A DNA stretch of 47,773 nucleotides, taken from NCBI RefSeq assembly GCF_001949145.1, contig NW_019091357.1, positions 2,400,114-2,447,886 of the forward strand, given 5' to 3'. The notes beneath the pieces are model-generated. The model made no database searches, was not told where the DNA came from, and worked only from the letters and a program-made list of their open reading frames with translations. This stretch comes from Acanthaster planci (taxonomy: Eukaryota). Position 1 is the first letter of the stretch. The number at the start of each line of letters is the position of its first letter. Of the stretch, positions 1 to 13,800 are shown piece by piece. The translations under genes and the position numbers were made by a program.

Positions 1-1780
1 TTGCATCTACGTATTGCAGCTTCCCGTGCGCCTTGACTCGCCTACACATGCCTGCATCGGTGAACAAAATACCCGAGGTGTGTGAGTAAAATGCCCAGCG
101 TGCTGTTTACATTGGTGTCCGATCCCAAACAATTTAAGTCTAAGATTCCCCCACCACGCTCTCTATTTTCCTTGTACAAATTCCATTTGGGACAACTTCA
201 GGAGTGTGAGTCAGTGTGAAGATTCTACCGAGAGAAATACCGCGAATTCCAAAAGTCGATCTTGCGTTTTTTTCTCTGCCTCGAATGTGGTGTCGATGTT
301 GGAGTGATCAGATCAGGGCACCGATTGAATCTTACGAGTATGGTGCAAACGAGAACGACAGGACCAGAACGGTGGAATTCCAGCTCACGATCGGAATAGT
401 AAATTGAGCTGTGGATCCCGGCCGCGTGCATTTTACACACTGTATCGGTTGTTCCGCGCGCTCCTCGGCCAATTACCGAGCAGTGGGGGAGCCGGCCCTG
501 CCCGAGATTCGATCACAGCTGCCCGGTCAAAAGAGGGCGAGGCACGCTGCCAGTCCGTTTCGATTGACGGTCGGTGATATCGAAGGGTATGGGTTCGGTC
601 TGTAAGCTGGCTCCCCCCTCATCACGGCCCGGACGAGGCTCGAAGAGACCCCATGCGGGCCAAGAATTCGGGGCTCGGGCGGGGACCTGCGGAGCAGTGG
701 CCAGGTTTTTTTTTTTTTTTTGGTCACTCTGTTCAGATTGACCTGTTAAGCGATAGCTCCACATCTGTGTAAATACCGTGTCCCACAGCGAGGTTGATAA
801 CTCAGAAAGGTACACAGCACAGCACTTATTACACCTAGACTGGGCCGGTGGCCGCTAAAACACTGCCAAAGTTTTCCTTGTAGCCACTGTTGTCAAAATT
901 CCTTTCTTTGTTTTTTTAAACAATATGTATCCCATATTTTACTTCACAAATGTTCGTTCAGTTGCTCTTTGCTCTTACATGCTCTCCTTACCGAGAGACA
1001 CATTGCTGGCGAATGACCAACGAATCAGTGCACCGTTTCGGCTTGATTTTCTGTCGTCACCCCGTTTCGGTCTTGAGGATAGATTGGCCATGTGAGGGCG
1101 CTATTCAAAGATCCCTTTGTGTCGCTTTGACAAACCCGTCCACTTCGGTTCCACTTTTCTTTTGTGACTGTTTGGAGTTAAAGTCTGGCCTACTCGGAAA
1201 CAAGCGATTTCAATGGGGAACGTTTTCTTGTCCGAATGTGTTACAAGCAAGCTTTTTTGAAAGCTAAGATTTCAATCAGCAAGACTTGTCGCAATGAAAT
1301 CCAAGTTTGATCTCTTCTGTGAATTTAAACAGACTCTCCTCCGTCATGCGAAGTTTCACCTAAATTAGCGTTGACGGGTACCGCTTGGGCTCCACATCAA
1401 CCCCCTGCCAATTGGCCAGCGCTTGTTACAGTCGTAATTACCCATTTCATGTGCCGTTCGCATCACCCTACTCTCATCAAACCTGAACCCCCCCCCCCTC
1501 GGTAATCCTACATCACTCGAGTCATGTTGAATTACGAGGGGAGATGGATCAAGTCTGGTTCCGGACTTGCTGACGAGGGTCGGCCAGTCTCCGGGGACTG
1601 CCGTCTTTCATTTCATAACTGGACGCTTTGTATTAAACAGCAGTGAAGTGTTCTCGGGACGAGGTTGAATGCTCGGTTGGAGGCGTGAACTGTTCCCTTT
1701 CGCCAAGTTAATTTGATTTTGCTCAATGTATTCTTTTTCTCCTGTGACTTAGAAGTTAATAAAGAGAGACAGACGTCAAG

Positions 1781-2150
1781 AAGCCCTTTTGCGAGTTAAA
1801 TTTGATTAAAATCTGTTGCCTGAATTCTTTAAATTCACGTGAGCATAACAAATGTAGTTCTCCATACTAAGACACTGTGGCTATACCTCCGTTATTCGGG
1901 GCAAACGTTTGCTAAGTTACACAAGAGACGCCTGGCAATAATACACTGTTTTCAATGGATTCAAAGGGCACTAAGGAAGTAAGGTCCATTCCAGAGATGG
2001 TGGTCCCCCAGCTTTCCCTGAACCGAGATATATATGTATAGCCCTCTGAACCCCAAGGTATAGCAACAGTGTCTTAGTCTGGGGAATTTAAATTATGTTT
2101 ATGTGCAACCGTATAACTCAGTGTAGCAGGTTTTCTTCAATTTAACAAGA
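1781..2150. mobile_element. Fold-back MITE-like element, copy 1 (TFAP2 intron)
   Basis: Inverted arms 1862-1888 and 2056-2082 match at 25/27, with weaker outer arms. It is colinear with 42861-43210 and shares internal words such as aagagacgcc, aagggcac and gtccattcca-agatggtggtc. Ends are approximate. Confidence 0.8.
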
Positions 2151-3617
2151 AAGTTCATTTTGGCAGTCATTTTTTAATGTGAAATCATTTCCTTTTAGTG
2201 AACCAACTCCCAAATCTCTCAACAATTCCGAATAATTGTGTCTGGAGAAATAGTTGCTCTTGACTCGAAATGTTGGCACTCTGGTTTTTTTTTAGTACTT
2301 TTCAGCCGCCAGTTACGCTGCTTCGACAGCTCGATGGATTAAAGTAACGATGGATAGAACACCTATTGGGTGCAGGTGACGGAGCAAATTTAACATGACA
2401 TCGCTTGCCTTACTTTGTTTTGTTTATGTTATAGTCTTTGCCAATTTATGCGAATTTTGGATATGGTTAGTTTCTACCCAGGCTCTGGATGCACTTATCT
2501 CTTCTTGGCAATTCCCTGAGCCCTGACATCTTCTTAAGACCTGGAGATAATTATTTCGCGGTCTTAGATCATAGGGACTAGTGGTAAGATCGCGGACTCA
2601 ACGCCCGCTGTCAGTCGAGACCCCGCCTCTATTCCTCTGTAATCACGGGGCAGTAGTGTTATATTCCCCCCTTCTAATCTCAACCCTCCTGGTTTCCTTC
2701 CAACCCGCTTCTTTTCCATCTGCGGAGTCCCCCTTCTCGTAGCCTGATCAGAAATAAATCACCAGGCTTGTAATTAAACGGAATTAGCAATTAAATCCCG
2801 CACTGGGTATCTGTATATCCGCGCAGGCGTATATCTTAATCTTAAGCATGAACCAGGCAGCGAACATGCGTGCCCTCTGGCTCAGCGTATCATAAGAACA
2901 AGAGAAAAAAAAAGGCCACCCCAAGGTGGGAATAACAGGAAAACCAAAGAGAGGCGAGAAAAAGCAAGGAGAGAATGATTGATAAGTTTACTGATATCCT
3001 CTTAATCGTCAGGCTTCACCCTCCTAGGTGTACTCTAGACCGTTGGCCGAGGGGCGAAGCGAGCCGGGCGATACATCACCGGCTGTCAATCCGATCGGGA
3101 TGCTTCCGGCACCTACCGTCTGTCCGCGGTGCCAACCACCTGCTTGGTGTTACTGATGAATCTCTCTCTCTCTTTCCCTCTGTGCAAAGCCAGCACTCCG
3201 TTCCCTTGCACTCCCAGTAGACCCCCCCCCCTAAATAAAACCCCAACTCATCATCGGGCCACGGCATCGTCGGCATCATCATGATCGAATTTTCCGAGGA
3301 TGATGAGTGGATAACCCAAAACACCTGCCTGACTCGTCTCTCCTTAGGCCCCCATCCTTCATCCCGGCTCGGCTCCGTGTTTGTCTTGTCTTACAACTCC
3401 TCTGTCTCCTTGTTTCGAAGCATCACCTCCCCCATCAACTGAGAAATCTGCTCTTGCCCCGCCCACCCCTGCTCCAGACCTTACTTGAAGTTCCCCTCTG
3501 TTTTGTTATTCCAAGTACGCGTACCTCTGACCTCTGCACTATCAACGAATCTGCTCATTGCATTTCCATGATCTCTTTGAATTTTAAATGCTAAAAAACA
3601 TGTTTTTTTCTCCCCAG

Positions 3618-3736
3618 GGCAAAGTCTAAGAACGGAGGAAGATATCTGAGGGAAAGACTAGAAAAAATTGGCTTGAATCTCCCCGCTGGAAGGAGAAAAG
3701 CCGCTAATGTTACTTTGTTTACGTCATTAGTTGAAG
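3618..3736 (+). CDS. TFAP2: Transcription factor AP-2, internal exon encoding the basic DNA-binding region (gene is 5'-partial; earlier exons not found in the window)
   Basis: Boundaries are ttttctccccag|G ... GAAG|gtaag (119 nt). Translation is (R)[39 protein letters not shown](G), the hallmark AP-2 basic segment. The phase joins correctly to 18021. Confidence 0.96.
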
Positions 3737-6700
3737 GTAAGCCGATTACGTTTTCCATAAATGAACTCATCTGTATCCCAGAACTTGTTATATTCACCTC
3801 TATAACTTCAAATACGCATTAAATATTGAAGCACATTTTCTTTTTTTGGTGATTGGGGGCATTGGAGTGTTTTGAGTAAAGTTCAAACAATGGAAATTCT
3901 GAAACCCTATACTGGATATTGCCAATTCTAAAAAAAGGAATGCGATTTCAAATCGAAGCTGTTCTACACGTGGTTTAGTTCAACGTGTAATTAACTTGAA
4001 GTGAAGGGGCGGCAGACATCAGGCAGCGAGCCGCCACGCGCCGGTATGATTGCGGGTAGATTAACCATTGATTTCGGCTGAGTCCGACATCAAGGGGGCA
4101 CTCGGCCGTGACTTCCACCCCTCGCCATTTTGCAAGATACACAGCTAATTTTCAAGTCAACCGACGAACGAGTGACCTTGACTGCGCATTCTGAGTGCCT
4201 CTGTCGTTTGTATTATATGGTGGGGGTCGCGCGTGTGCGTGTGTGACAGAGTCACGGCGGGAAACGCTCCTGGTGACGTATTTAATGGACCGACCATGGA
4301 CCGGCCTGCTGCACTCTCGCCTCCTATGTTCGATTGTCTGCTAGCCTTGACTTGTGGCGTGTGTGATCGGTTAACGCGGCGAGCCGGCACGGGCCAGAGT
4401 TGTGTCCACGTCCAAACTCATCGATACTGGCTTCCTGCAATCTCGCCCGAGACATCGTTCGACGGGCGTCGCCTCGCCTACCATTTACCGGCGTCCGGCG
4501 TGCGATGCTACGGGCTCATTTGAGTCCGGAAACGCACGGTTCTCTGGTCACGGCACAACTATCCTAAATGCACCTGAAGATAAAAGTGCAAGAAGGCGTA
4601 CGGGGAGGCAGCGTGCACTGACAGTACAATTCGCCGTTATTAGATCCACCATGAATGGAAAAGTATGGCTTGTCTCGGATATCTCTGGACCGACAAAAAG
4701 TGACACATTGTAAACAATAACTTCCAGTGGGCAAATACAAACGCCCATACCATTGTGGAGCATGAAATCTACGTGAAGAGCGTTGTTATTTCATCTCTAC
4801 CCTACTTCAAGTGAACAAAAAGTTCATTAAACTCGTACAAGATAAACTCCACTGCTCTCTCACATAATAATGTCCATTTTCCATGTATAATGTTGAACTT
4901 GTAAAACAAGACCAAAATCGCCACATATTTGGACGGGTGTTGGCTCATTTGTAAATCTGGAACATGAAAACATGTTGTCAGTTTCTCATCCTGACTTCAT
5001 GAAAGCTCAAACCTTCGTTTCGTCTCAATTAATAGCCCTTTGCAAGGTATAGTTAGGCTTGCTGTCAGGCTAACGTGTCATGACTTTTACAGAATACAAT
5101 TTCCTCAAAACCGTGTGTAGAGCAACTGCAAGAGCCTTTAACATGATAACCTAATTTAATTATCTTTGGAACAGTAGTTCTCCTTTGCTGTTTGGAATCT
5201 TGCATCTGTAATTCGTTAGCCCCTCCAGCTAAGAAAGTCTTCAATTAGGAATGCTTCACCAATCATCCCCTACTCCATCCATTCTAGGGCCTTTCACATT
5301 TACCCCCATAATTCTGGGGGCTATACGCGTTCCGACATCCCATCACCTTGCGGGACCAGGAAGCCATGTGCGTGCAGCCAACCGTGGCCGCTGTGGGCTA
5401 CAAAATGCTCCCCACCATGTTATGTGTGTGTGGGGGGGGGTAGGGGAGTTACCTCCTGCACATTCTTGTCTGTCTGAGATTCCCCCCCCCCGGGCTACGC
5501 CTCGGGGATGGGTTGCATCCTCCGTGACGAAGTTGGCAGTTGAAGTCGACGATATCTGTCATATGACTTAGGCAGCAGGATATGACGGGATACTGGCGCA
5601 CAGCAGGGACAATTTAAGAGATGAAGATCCCGTCGGATCTCAAGTAGATTTCCTCCACCACGAGGGCGCCTTAGGAACTTTCTGGTTGACATTTATGCGC
5701 ACGGGTTGGATCTTGCTGTGTGATGCCATCATCTTGGCTCCTTCTTTAGTATTATTTTAGATATAAGAGTCACGAGAGTCGGGCTCACTGAACTGGGACG
5801 ACACGGCTACTTCTCTAGAGTCAAGTTGCGGAGCAGAAAAGACCGACTGAAAGTATCTGACCACTCATTCAAAGCGTGCACACGATTCACGAGAGATTTT
5901 TTTCTGATCAACGATGTATAAGTTGTGATAGTTGCCCGGAGAACACGGAAAGACAGGCGAGACAGCAAACAGCACAACTACGGCCCTAGGCATGCCAGCT
6001 CCTGGACAAAGACCCGCGCCATGTTTTTTTTTTACCAGCTGCCAAACATTTGGCCCAGCCCTTTGCGCCAAGTGCGCGGAAACTCCAATTTATGATTTAA
6101 CAGGCACATTGCGATTTTGATACAGTGACAATGTAATCAATGTCCAGCTAATTGGTTCTTTTTTACCGTTGGAGTTCACAGACAGCGCCAACCCTGGAGG
6201 AATGTTACATTATAGAAGCATCACGCATTTTGATTTTACTCGGACAGCTCAGGGATTAGTGGAAACCGGAGAAATAGCAACGACAAAAACTCCAATTGGC
6301 GAGGCTGACGAACGTCGATGAACTTGCGGCAACTATTGTTCTTTGCACCTGTTTGCGACCCCCAAAAATTAACTCTGCAAATCTCGAAAGACTTAACCAA
6401 TTAAGCCGACATTAGCATACGAATGCTGTCATCTCTATGTTGATTCGGCATCTGTCAATTCCCACGGCATCCCGTTGTTCTGGTTACTTCGCCGGCGAAT
6501 AAATTAATATCAATAGGTCCGGGTGCTGGGACACGCAGTTCTCGTGATCAATTACTAATCGATAACCGGGTTGACGATAATAATTACTGGGACACTTGGG
6601 CACAATAGAGTTGGCAATACGATAAGCCCAACATTGCGCCGAACCGGATCCCTGGAAATGCATACGCCTTGTTATCAAAATGTGTTATGAAAATGGAAAA

Positions 6701-7629
6701 AAAATGACTGAGGATATTTTGAGATTATTTCGTTGCCTTTGGGCTGATGCGTACTATGCGACCCTCGCCTTGTCCATACTTTTTTTCTTTTAGCTTGAGT
6801 TAAAACATATCTTGCCATCCCTAAAATTGCTGAGATGAAAATCATCTCTAATCATACCCTCTGGCCGGCACTCGATGCGAAAAAAAATGCAAAGCAAGCT
6901 ACGCTCGGTTGATCTCTTCATTTTTCTGGCACTCAAAGATAATATACCGCAAAAGCTTGGTCAAGTATTTTTCCAAACGTCCCGCTGTAACTCCTCAGCC
7001 AACAAAGGCGCTGCGTGTGTTTCTGGCATCGGTCAGCTTTCCCTCCCTCTTTCTCCTTAGCGGTCATTTTGACTGGATTGTATTTCCCCCCTCTTGACTC
7101 GGATGTCCCGGTAAAATCCTGGCTTCGTCATGCCCTCTCCAGCCCGCCCGTTTGTGTAAGACGACCGCTCGGGAAGTTACAGGATTTCAACGGGGCCGCA
7201 CGCCGGTCAGCGGCGGAGGGGAAGACCCGCGATCCCTGGCCCGCCTCGCGGAGGAAATGCGCCCGGTCGGATCCCGCGTCCCAGGCCTACAGTCCGCCGA
7301 TCGATACTTTCTTTTCCCCTGACCTCTTCACGTTGGAGGTTTATCTCCTCTCGGTTGTTGGAGGAGCAGCTAGCGAGATGACTCAAGGATGACATCGAGG
7401 GCATTCAACTGGAGTGGCAAAGAAAGAAGATCGGGCATCGTGGGCAGGTGGTCCTGTCTTTTTGCCATGCTGGACTTTTGCAGGCAAACCCGAAGTAGCT
7501 GAAGGAGACATCAAATGATATATATCAAGGGTTGTTACGGGATGAAAAAAAAACTTTAATAAAATGTCTGCAACAAAATATCTACGTATTGAAATAGGTA
7601 GATCAAAGTGAAACTCTGATAGTGGTGTA

Positions 7630-7850
7630 TCTTAACCAGACCGGACACAAGACCAGTTATAAGACCCCAAAAGCACCACTCACAGGGCCACTCTTAAGAA
7701 ACAGAGCGAACAAAGACAAAGGAATGCTTTTTGGGCAGTTCATTTGAATAGTTTTTCGGGTTTAATTCAGACCGGTCTTGTGATGGTCTTGTGATGGTCT
7801 TGTGATAGTCTTGTGATGGTCTTGTGATAGTCTTGTGTTGGTCTTAAGAA
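7630..7850. repeat. 11-bp tandem array (GGTCTTGTGAT x6, 7774-7839) within a degenerate inverted-repeat, MITE-like element
   Basis: Six copies plus a partial one (ggtcttaag). Reverse-complement units (cttaa, acacaagacc, ataagacc) lie at about 7631-7666. Confidence 0.75.
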
Positions 7851-10800
7851 GTCGCTGCTTCATCAATGAACTGTTATCGTGACTGTATTAAGTTTCTTGA
7901 GCAGTCTAGTCTGTCAACAGCAGAGTCATTAGCTTACCAACATCTCCTTTTGAAAGATTTGAATTGTCTAAGCTTACCCGAGAAAACAAATTCCACAATT
8001 ATTTCTGGACAATTTCAATCATTCGTGTCAAAGCTCGCCTCAAGCGAACAGCCAGTTTTCCGAGGCTGGGTAGATTTTTTTTATATATATAACAGTTGTA
8101 AAAAAGTTGATTATAAAAAACTCTGCTTCATAACAAGTGTCACTCACTTGAGATTAACTTTAGGGACGAAGATTTCTGGATGAGTGATTGTTTACTTGTA
8201 ACCATGGCAACTTATTTGGCTCATTTGTTCCCCACTCACACGGGAAGGTTGTGGGGGGGGGGGAGGAAATGACATAATTGCCCCAGGCAAGATGTCGTGC
8301 CGGGCTACATTGCCTGGTCATTTTCAATCGTGAAGGGTATTTCTACTTGCGGTTCTTTCTACCCTGGCTTTCTTTTGTATTTGGTGACCCTCTGTCGGGC
8401 CCACACGCACCTATACCCCCAGCAGGTACCAAGCCCCCCTACCCAGCGGCCGGCCTCGCCTCCCGTCACCGCACGGCGCGCATTCACCTTGCCCGCTCCT
8501 CTGGAAACAGGGGGGGAAAAGTGCACATCGGTAGGCGTTTGACTCACAATGCTTCGATTAGCTGTCATTGGCAGCAGTTTTGATGAAATATGATTAGGGT
8601 TATTTCCAACTGATTGGTTCCCGGCAGCTAGTTCTCCTTTGAACTTATAGTCTTCCTCCTGTAGCTAGGGCCATCCCCCCCTCCCATTGTATCGTTAAGA
8701 TGACAACGGCCGTGTATTCTTGTATCGTCGTAGTGTTTTCTCAGCGTGTCTTTGTCCCCTACCGTCGGTCTCTCTTCCTCTTGTCCTTTGGTCCAAGCCG
8801 ACTCTTTTCTCAAAACTGTTTTCCTTGTGTAAATTACCGGCAGGTTTTTTTTATATGTCTCCCCTTGTTTGTCGGTAGTGAACCCCGCGGCAGGGCTTTT
8901 GAAATTCTCCCCTTTCTTTGGGATAATTTCAGATAATTTGAAGAGGGGATTTCATTGATTCTTGGCGAGTGTATAATTGAAATGTCGATGGATTTTTTTT
9001 TCTATCATTTGGAAAGTTCTTGACCGATCGGACACTCGCTTGAAAAAAAAAATTTTTTTCTTTGTAATGACCCTAGACTTGAGTTATATGGCCAGTCAGA
9101 GGTTTCGAACACATCTCGTCCGTGGGCTTTACAAGAAGAGACATGGGAGGTTATAAATTATACACGATTCATATTCATGCGTGCGCAAATTATGCCGAAG
9201 ATTTGTAGACCAGTATGGCACTTTTTAATTATTGAAGTGACGAGTATACACGTTGGTGTTATTGAATTCTGCGGAGGACTAAGGCACAGCGTTTCTAAAA
9301 CTCTGTTGAGGACGTCTAGTTACCAGACGGTAGAGCGCTCACGATATGCGCAGAATACAACTGTGTATACGGGCTTTGGATGAAGTTAACCTACTTTCAA
9401 GCAAAGTTCAGCATTTCATATTTTCTAGGCTTTCCGTTCGTGTCAAACAAATCTCCACGGACAAAGAGGTTCGAACGCCAAACTCGAAAGTATCCATGAT
9501 AGGCTAATATGCGTCTGGATCAGTATGACAAATCCTTTGTGTCCCGTGAATAAGCAAAGTTACAAAAATTAAAAGAAAGTGAGGTGAGGGGGAAAAGGGA
9601 GTCAGTTGTGATTGTTGGGATTGTTGGCCCGGCGAGCAAACAATGCGACACTGTGAATGCCCAAAGCTGCGGGTTGGATTCTCACTCACGCCTGGGTAAA
9701 ATCGCCGCTCTTTCAACCACCACATCGAGTTGCAACGGTGTTTGCTGACCCAGGCTTTAAAAAGGGGGGGGGGAGGAGATCTGCCACCTCCATCGATTTC
9801 CTCGTGGACCCCAACCCCTGTCCCTGCTCAATATTCCAACCGCGGGACCCTTTTCAGTGGCTGAATTCAAGCAGTTCGTAATTCTCCGCAATCGCGCCTC
9901 GCTGGCGATATTGTCTACTGACCCGTACGCGCACTTCCCACATTATCAAAGCTGGATTTCCCGTCACCGGTGGAGTTCAGTAACACGTGAGGCCTCTCAG
10001 GCGAAACCCACGTGCAGTAATAAAACACTGCCCTTTCTTTTTTTTATTGTTTGCGGCTTGCCTCGGACCTGTTTAGCATTCCAAAGTTCCGATGTTTGGT
10101 CGGTCGATCGATCGCACCCTGTCGACAAACGAAAATTACCGACTGAGACGAACACGTGTTCTCCAATTAACAGTCGCTCTCACACCAACACGAATGTGCC
10201 AATCACGATATGAAAAAACAACAACAGGTCATCAACACTTCCCTCTTCTCTTCCTTTCATTCGAAATTGAGAATTCTCCTCTCGGTTTCTTGAGAGCTGC
10301 ATTTTAATGTTTCGATTCCGAATATTCCGAAACTGTGGGTAAACAGGGATATAGCAGAATAGAAATCACAGACACGAAGTGCTGAGAGAAGACAGAGAAA
10401 ACAGCGCGACGGTAAAAGCATTCCTCGACCAAATTCTCATCACACGGGAAAAAAAAGAAAGCAAATTCACGGCCTTCACATTGCTAATTGTCGAGAATCG
10501 GCGACGAAGTGATTACGATGTAAAGGCGACTTTCACCATAATATAGCGGCAGTGACTTGTGGGGGACCTTGACCGCTGTCACGAGCAATTAGGTACAATT
10601 TGCCCTCGGCCGTGTCGGGAAATGTGCGCTTCAGAGATCATTTTCTTGCTGTTATATCATACAGTCCCCCCACGGTAGATACGCTGCGTTTGTCGTTTTT
10701 TGCAGACTGGACGGTTCTAGCAGTCGGTGTCATTTTGATGGCACACTCTCCAGTGTGCAAAGAATTGAGATTTAGGCCTCGTGAAATTGCACAATGCTGT

Positions 10801-13800
10801 CTCTAAAAACATCACGCTGTCTCAAAAAAAAAGAGACTGTTAGCTTACTATACGGACTAAAATATCAAGACTTCTGTACCGCCGTTTCTGTCTTAGTAAA
10901 GGGCGATATTGAGTATTGTTTTCTTGGGGACGGGTTTCTTTGTTTATTTATATTTTAAAAGCCGCACTTCAGAAACTCACTCAAATAGGGCTTTGATTCG
11001 CCGATTGCGTAATAACTCCCGTCGTGGTCAATAAACTTTGAAAGCTGTTTGTCTCGGAAATCTATATAATGGAATCAAAACTAACCATCGCGGCTGACCG
11101 GTTTTCATCATGAAAAAAATCCTAAACAAATGCACGGAGATAGGTGCAGAGCAAATCAATGACAGAGATGGTTCAGCCTTATTTGACGATCAAGCGACAA
11201 AGTGTACATGAACGGTTATTGGTACGGCTTACAACCGCACTTTCGAAACAACGTTCATGGCAGACGTTTTGAAAGGGTTAAGGGAGCATTGCAAATTGTC
11301 ACGCGATTTGGACTTAAGGATCATACAAAAAGTTGTCCAGAAATTAGAACCTAGTGAAACTAACGAGATGGTCTACCACATAAAAGAGTTCCAGCAGACT
11401 GTTGTCTGTTGTCATATTGCGTTGGAGCAGTACTGGTAGTTCACGTCTGAAGGCAACAGGAAGTTATTTCTTCTTTTTTTGGTGGGGGGTGTAAATCCTT
11501 ACTTTCATATCACGTGCTTCATTGTAACGATCTTCTAGGTAATAACATAATTCTAACGACGCGTCTCTCTACAGAAAGCACCACCCGGCGTAAAAGCGAC
11601 AGATCCGATGGCGGTGCACGAGCCAAAAACGAAACCAAAACTGTGTAATTGCATTGGCGTCGGCTTTTTGTTCAAGCAGTAATGTCATTTTGCTGGGAAT
11701 ATCGAAGTGACGAGATTAACTTTACAACGAACACAAATTTATTACCTTCAATCTGTTCAGGATCAACAATACTGGGCCCTAGCTGGAGAGCTTTCCCAGC
11801 GTGCATCTGACCTGACCTCGCTCCTCTCTGACTGCAGCCGCGTCTTGTGCACCAGTAAAAAGATGCGCTGCGAGATTTGGAGAGATGGAGACTTGGAGAG
11901 ACGTAACTCTTCTAATTAAATCAAATGATGTGCGTTTCGACTTTGGAAGGACTCCCCATTTGTCAAGGACGAAGAGCAATTGGAGAGCGATCTGCTTTTA
12001 TATTCTATGATTAATGGCGGACGGTTTGGACAGCGGTTGTAATCGGCGATGTTACGCGGCTAAACACTCCGTCACAGCAGTGTGAAATTTGCCATTTTGA
12101 TAAGGAGCTATCCAATTAAAATCGTTAATTGAAAACTTCTGGAAAATTGTTTGTCCCACGCCACAAAATTTACCAGGACCATGGAACGTGTGATATTTGT
12201 CACATCATGTTCCCTCTTTTATTTCGTCCAATTATTGATATTCAAGGGACGGATATCCCCGTTTCAACTCTATTCGGCTGCTTCGGAGAATCTACTTTTT
12301 TGGGGAAATAACCCCGCAAACTCGGAAGGAGAATGGTTGTATTCACCCGATCCACCGTTTATAAGTATCCATTGTTGACGGCGGAATCGAGCAGGGCTTA
12401 ATTGCGGGCGCACTGAGCCTCCCGTTCCTTTCATGCACCATGGAGAGCTATGTCCAATTACCGGACACAATGGTCTGTCGAGGGAGTCAAACGCCTTCGC
12501 GTTTTGTCCCGTTTGACCTCAGATGACAAAAACAACCCTCGTATTTACCGCAAGAAGAAAAAGAAAGAAAGAAAACGCGTCAGGAGGACGGGGGGGGGTT
12601 GAGTAGCAACTAGTGTTGGTTTGTGAGGAGCAAGAGATCACCCATTGTCCATGCGTGGATTTTTTTGTGTGTGCTTCAGTTCTTGAGGGGAGGTGTTATG
12701 AATGATTACAAAAAAAAAGTCCCAAGTGAGAATGATTGGGCGCACAGCTCAGGCGCGCACGCTACAAACAAGGCGTTTTGAAATATCATATGGACTAAGC
12801 GTGGACAAAGCCGCAAGGGCCGAAGCCCCGCAAAGTGACTGGTAAATACAAAGGAAGGAACATACATGCACATCTCGTCCAGGTTGTCTTTCTTCCGTGA
12901 ACCAACGGGGCCCCCCAATTACTGCCGAAATTGAGCAAACCATCACAATCAAGCAGGGTTTTTTTTTTTGGCTCTCCGAGTGTTTAACTTTCGGTTTCCC
13001 ATTTTCAATAGGTGCAGAATCAATTTGTCATTCAAAACAAAAATGTCTATATTTTCTTCGGTTGCCCGGAGGCGACTGCCTGAAACGTGGCGTGGCGATA
13101 AATTGCTTCATGGTTTGGTACTGATGCTCCACTACTGAGAACTGTACCCTTTTGTCGGTGATGTTTTCATCGTAAAAAGCACAGTGGATTGTCAGAGTAA
13201 GCGCTGTCGTACACAGATATCAGATGTTAATAAACCCAGAGCTTAAGAACAGAGATGGGGGGGGTGCGTTTAGTTTATCCAGCACTCGAACTGCACGTTA
13301 TAAACTCACACCCCGTCAACCGCGCAGCACGAGAACCTGACTCAGCCGCTACAAGCACGTGTGACGCCTAAGGCGCGCCAGGCAGCCGGGGCGGTTTGGC
13401 AGTATGTGGCCGCTACCGTCCGCGCGCGCATGGACCCCGCATCGGGCGCACATCACCGAGAAAAGAACGCCTACAGGGTATCTCGGGGAAAGAAGTAAGC
13501 CTCCGTCGCATCGCAAATTAGACCGTCGAAATAGGTCAGCAGGAAGAAACAGAACAGATTTTTAAAAAAAAAAGGAAGAGAAATATGGGTTCTATGACAT
13601 CAAAACTGGGAGGTACGATCGGTACATGACCTCTGCCCGTAATGCCATCACGACAGCTCACTTCAGCTGTTAGAAAACTCCATCTGGAAGACGGTATCCT
13701 TAATACATCTGCTTGATGTGCGCCCTCTGTACACATCACCGATGAGAATACATGAATCTATATTCAGCCCGACGTGTAAACTCATACAGGAAAAGGAAGT

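Noticed and set aside
1..3617. Upstream TFAP2 exon (VPGRLSLLS...PECLNAS)
   Set aside because: No such translation was found, so it presumably lies before the window.
7774..7850. Regular repeat array as a possible CRISPR
   Set aside because: The units are contiguous 11-mers without spacers, in a eukaryotic intron with no cas genes.
9090..9485. B-box-like GGTTCGAAC words suggesting a tRNA or SINE
   Set aside because: No A-box at proper spacing and no cloverleaf.
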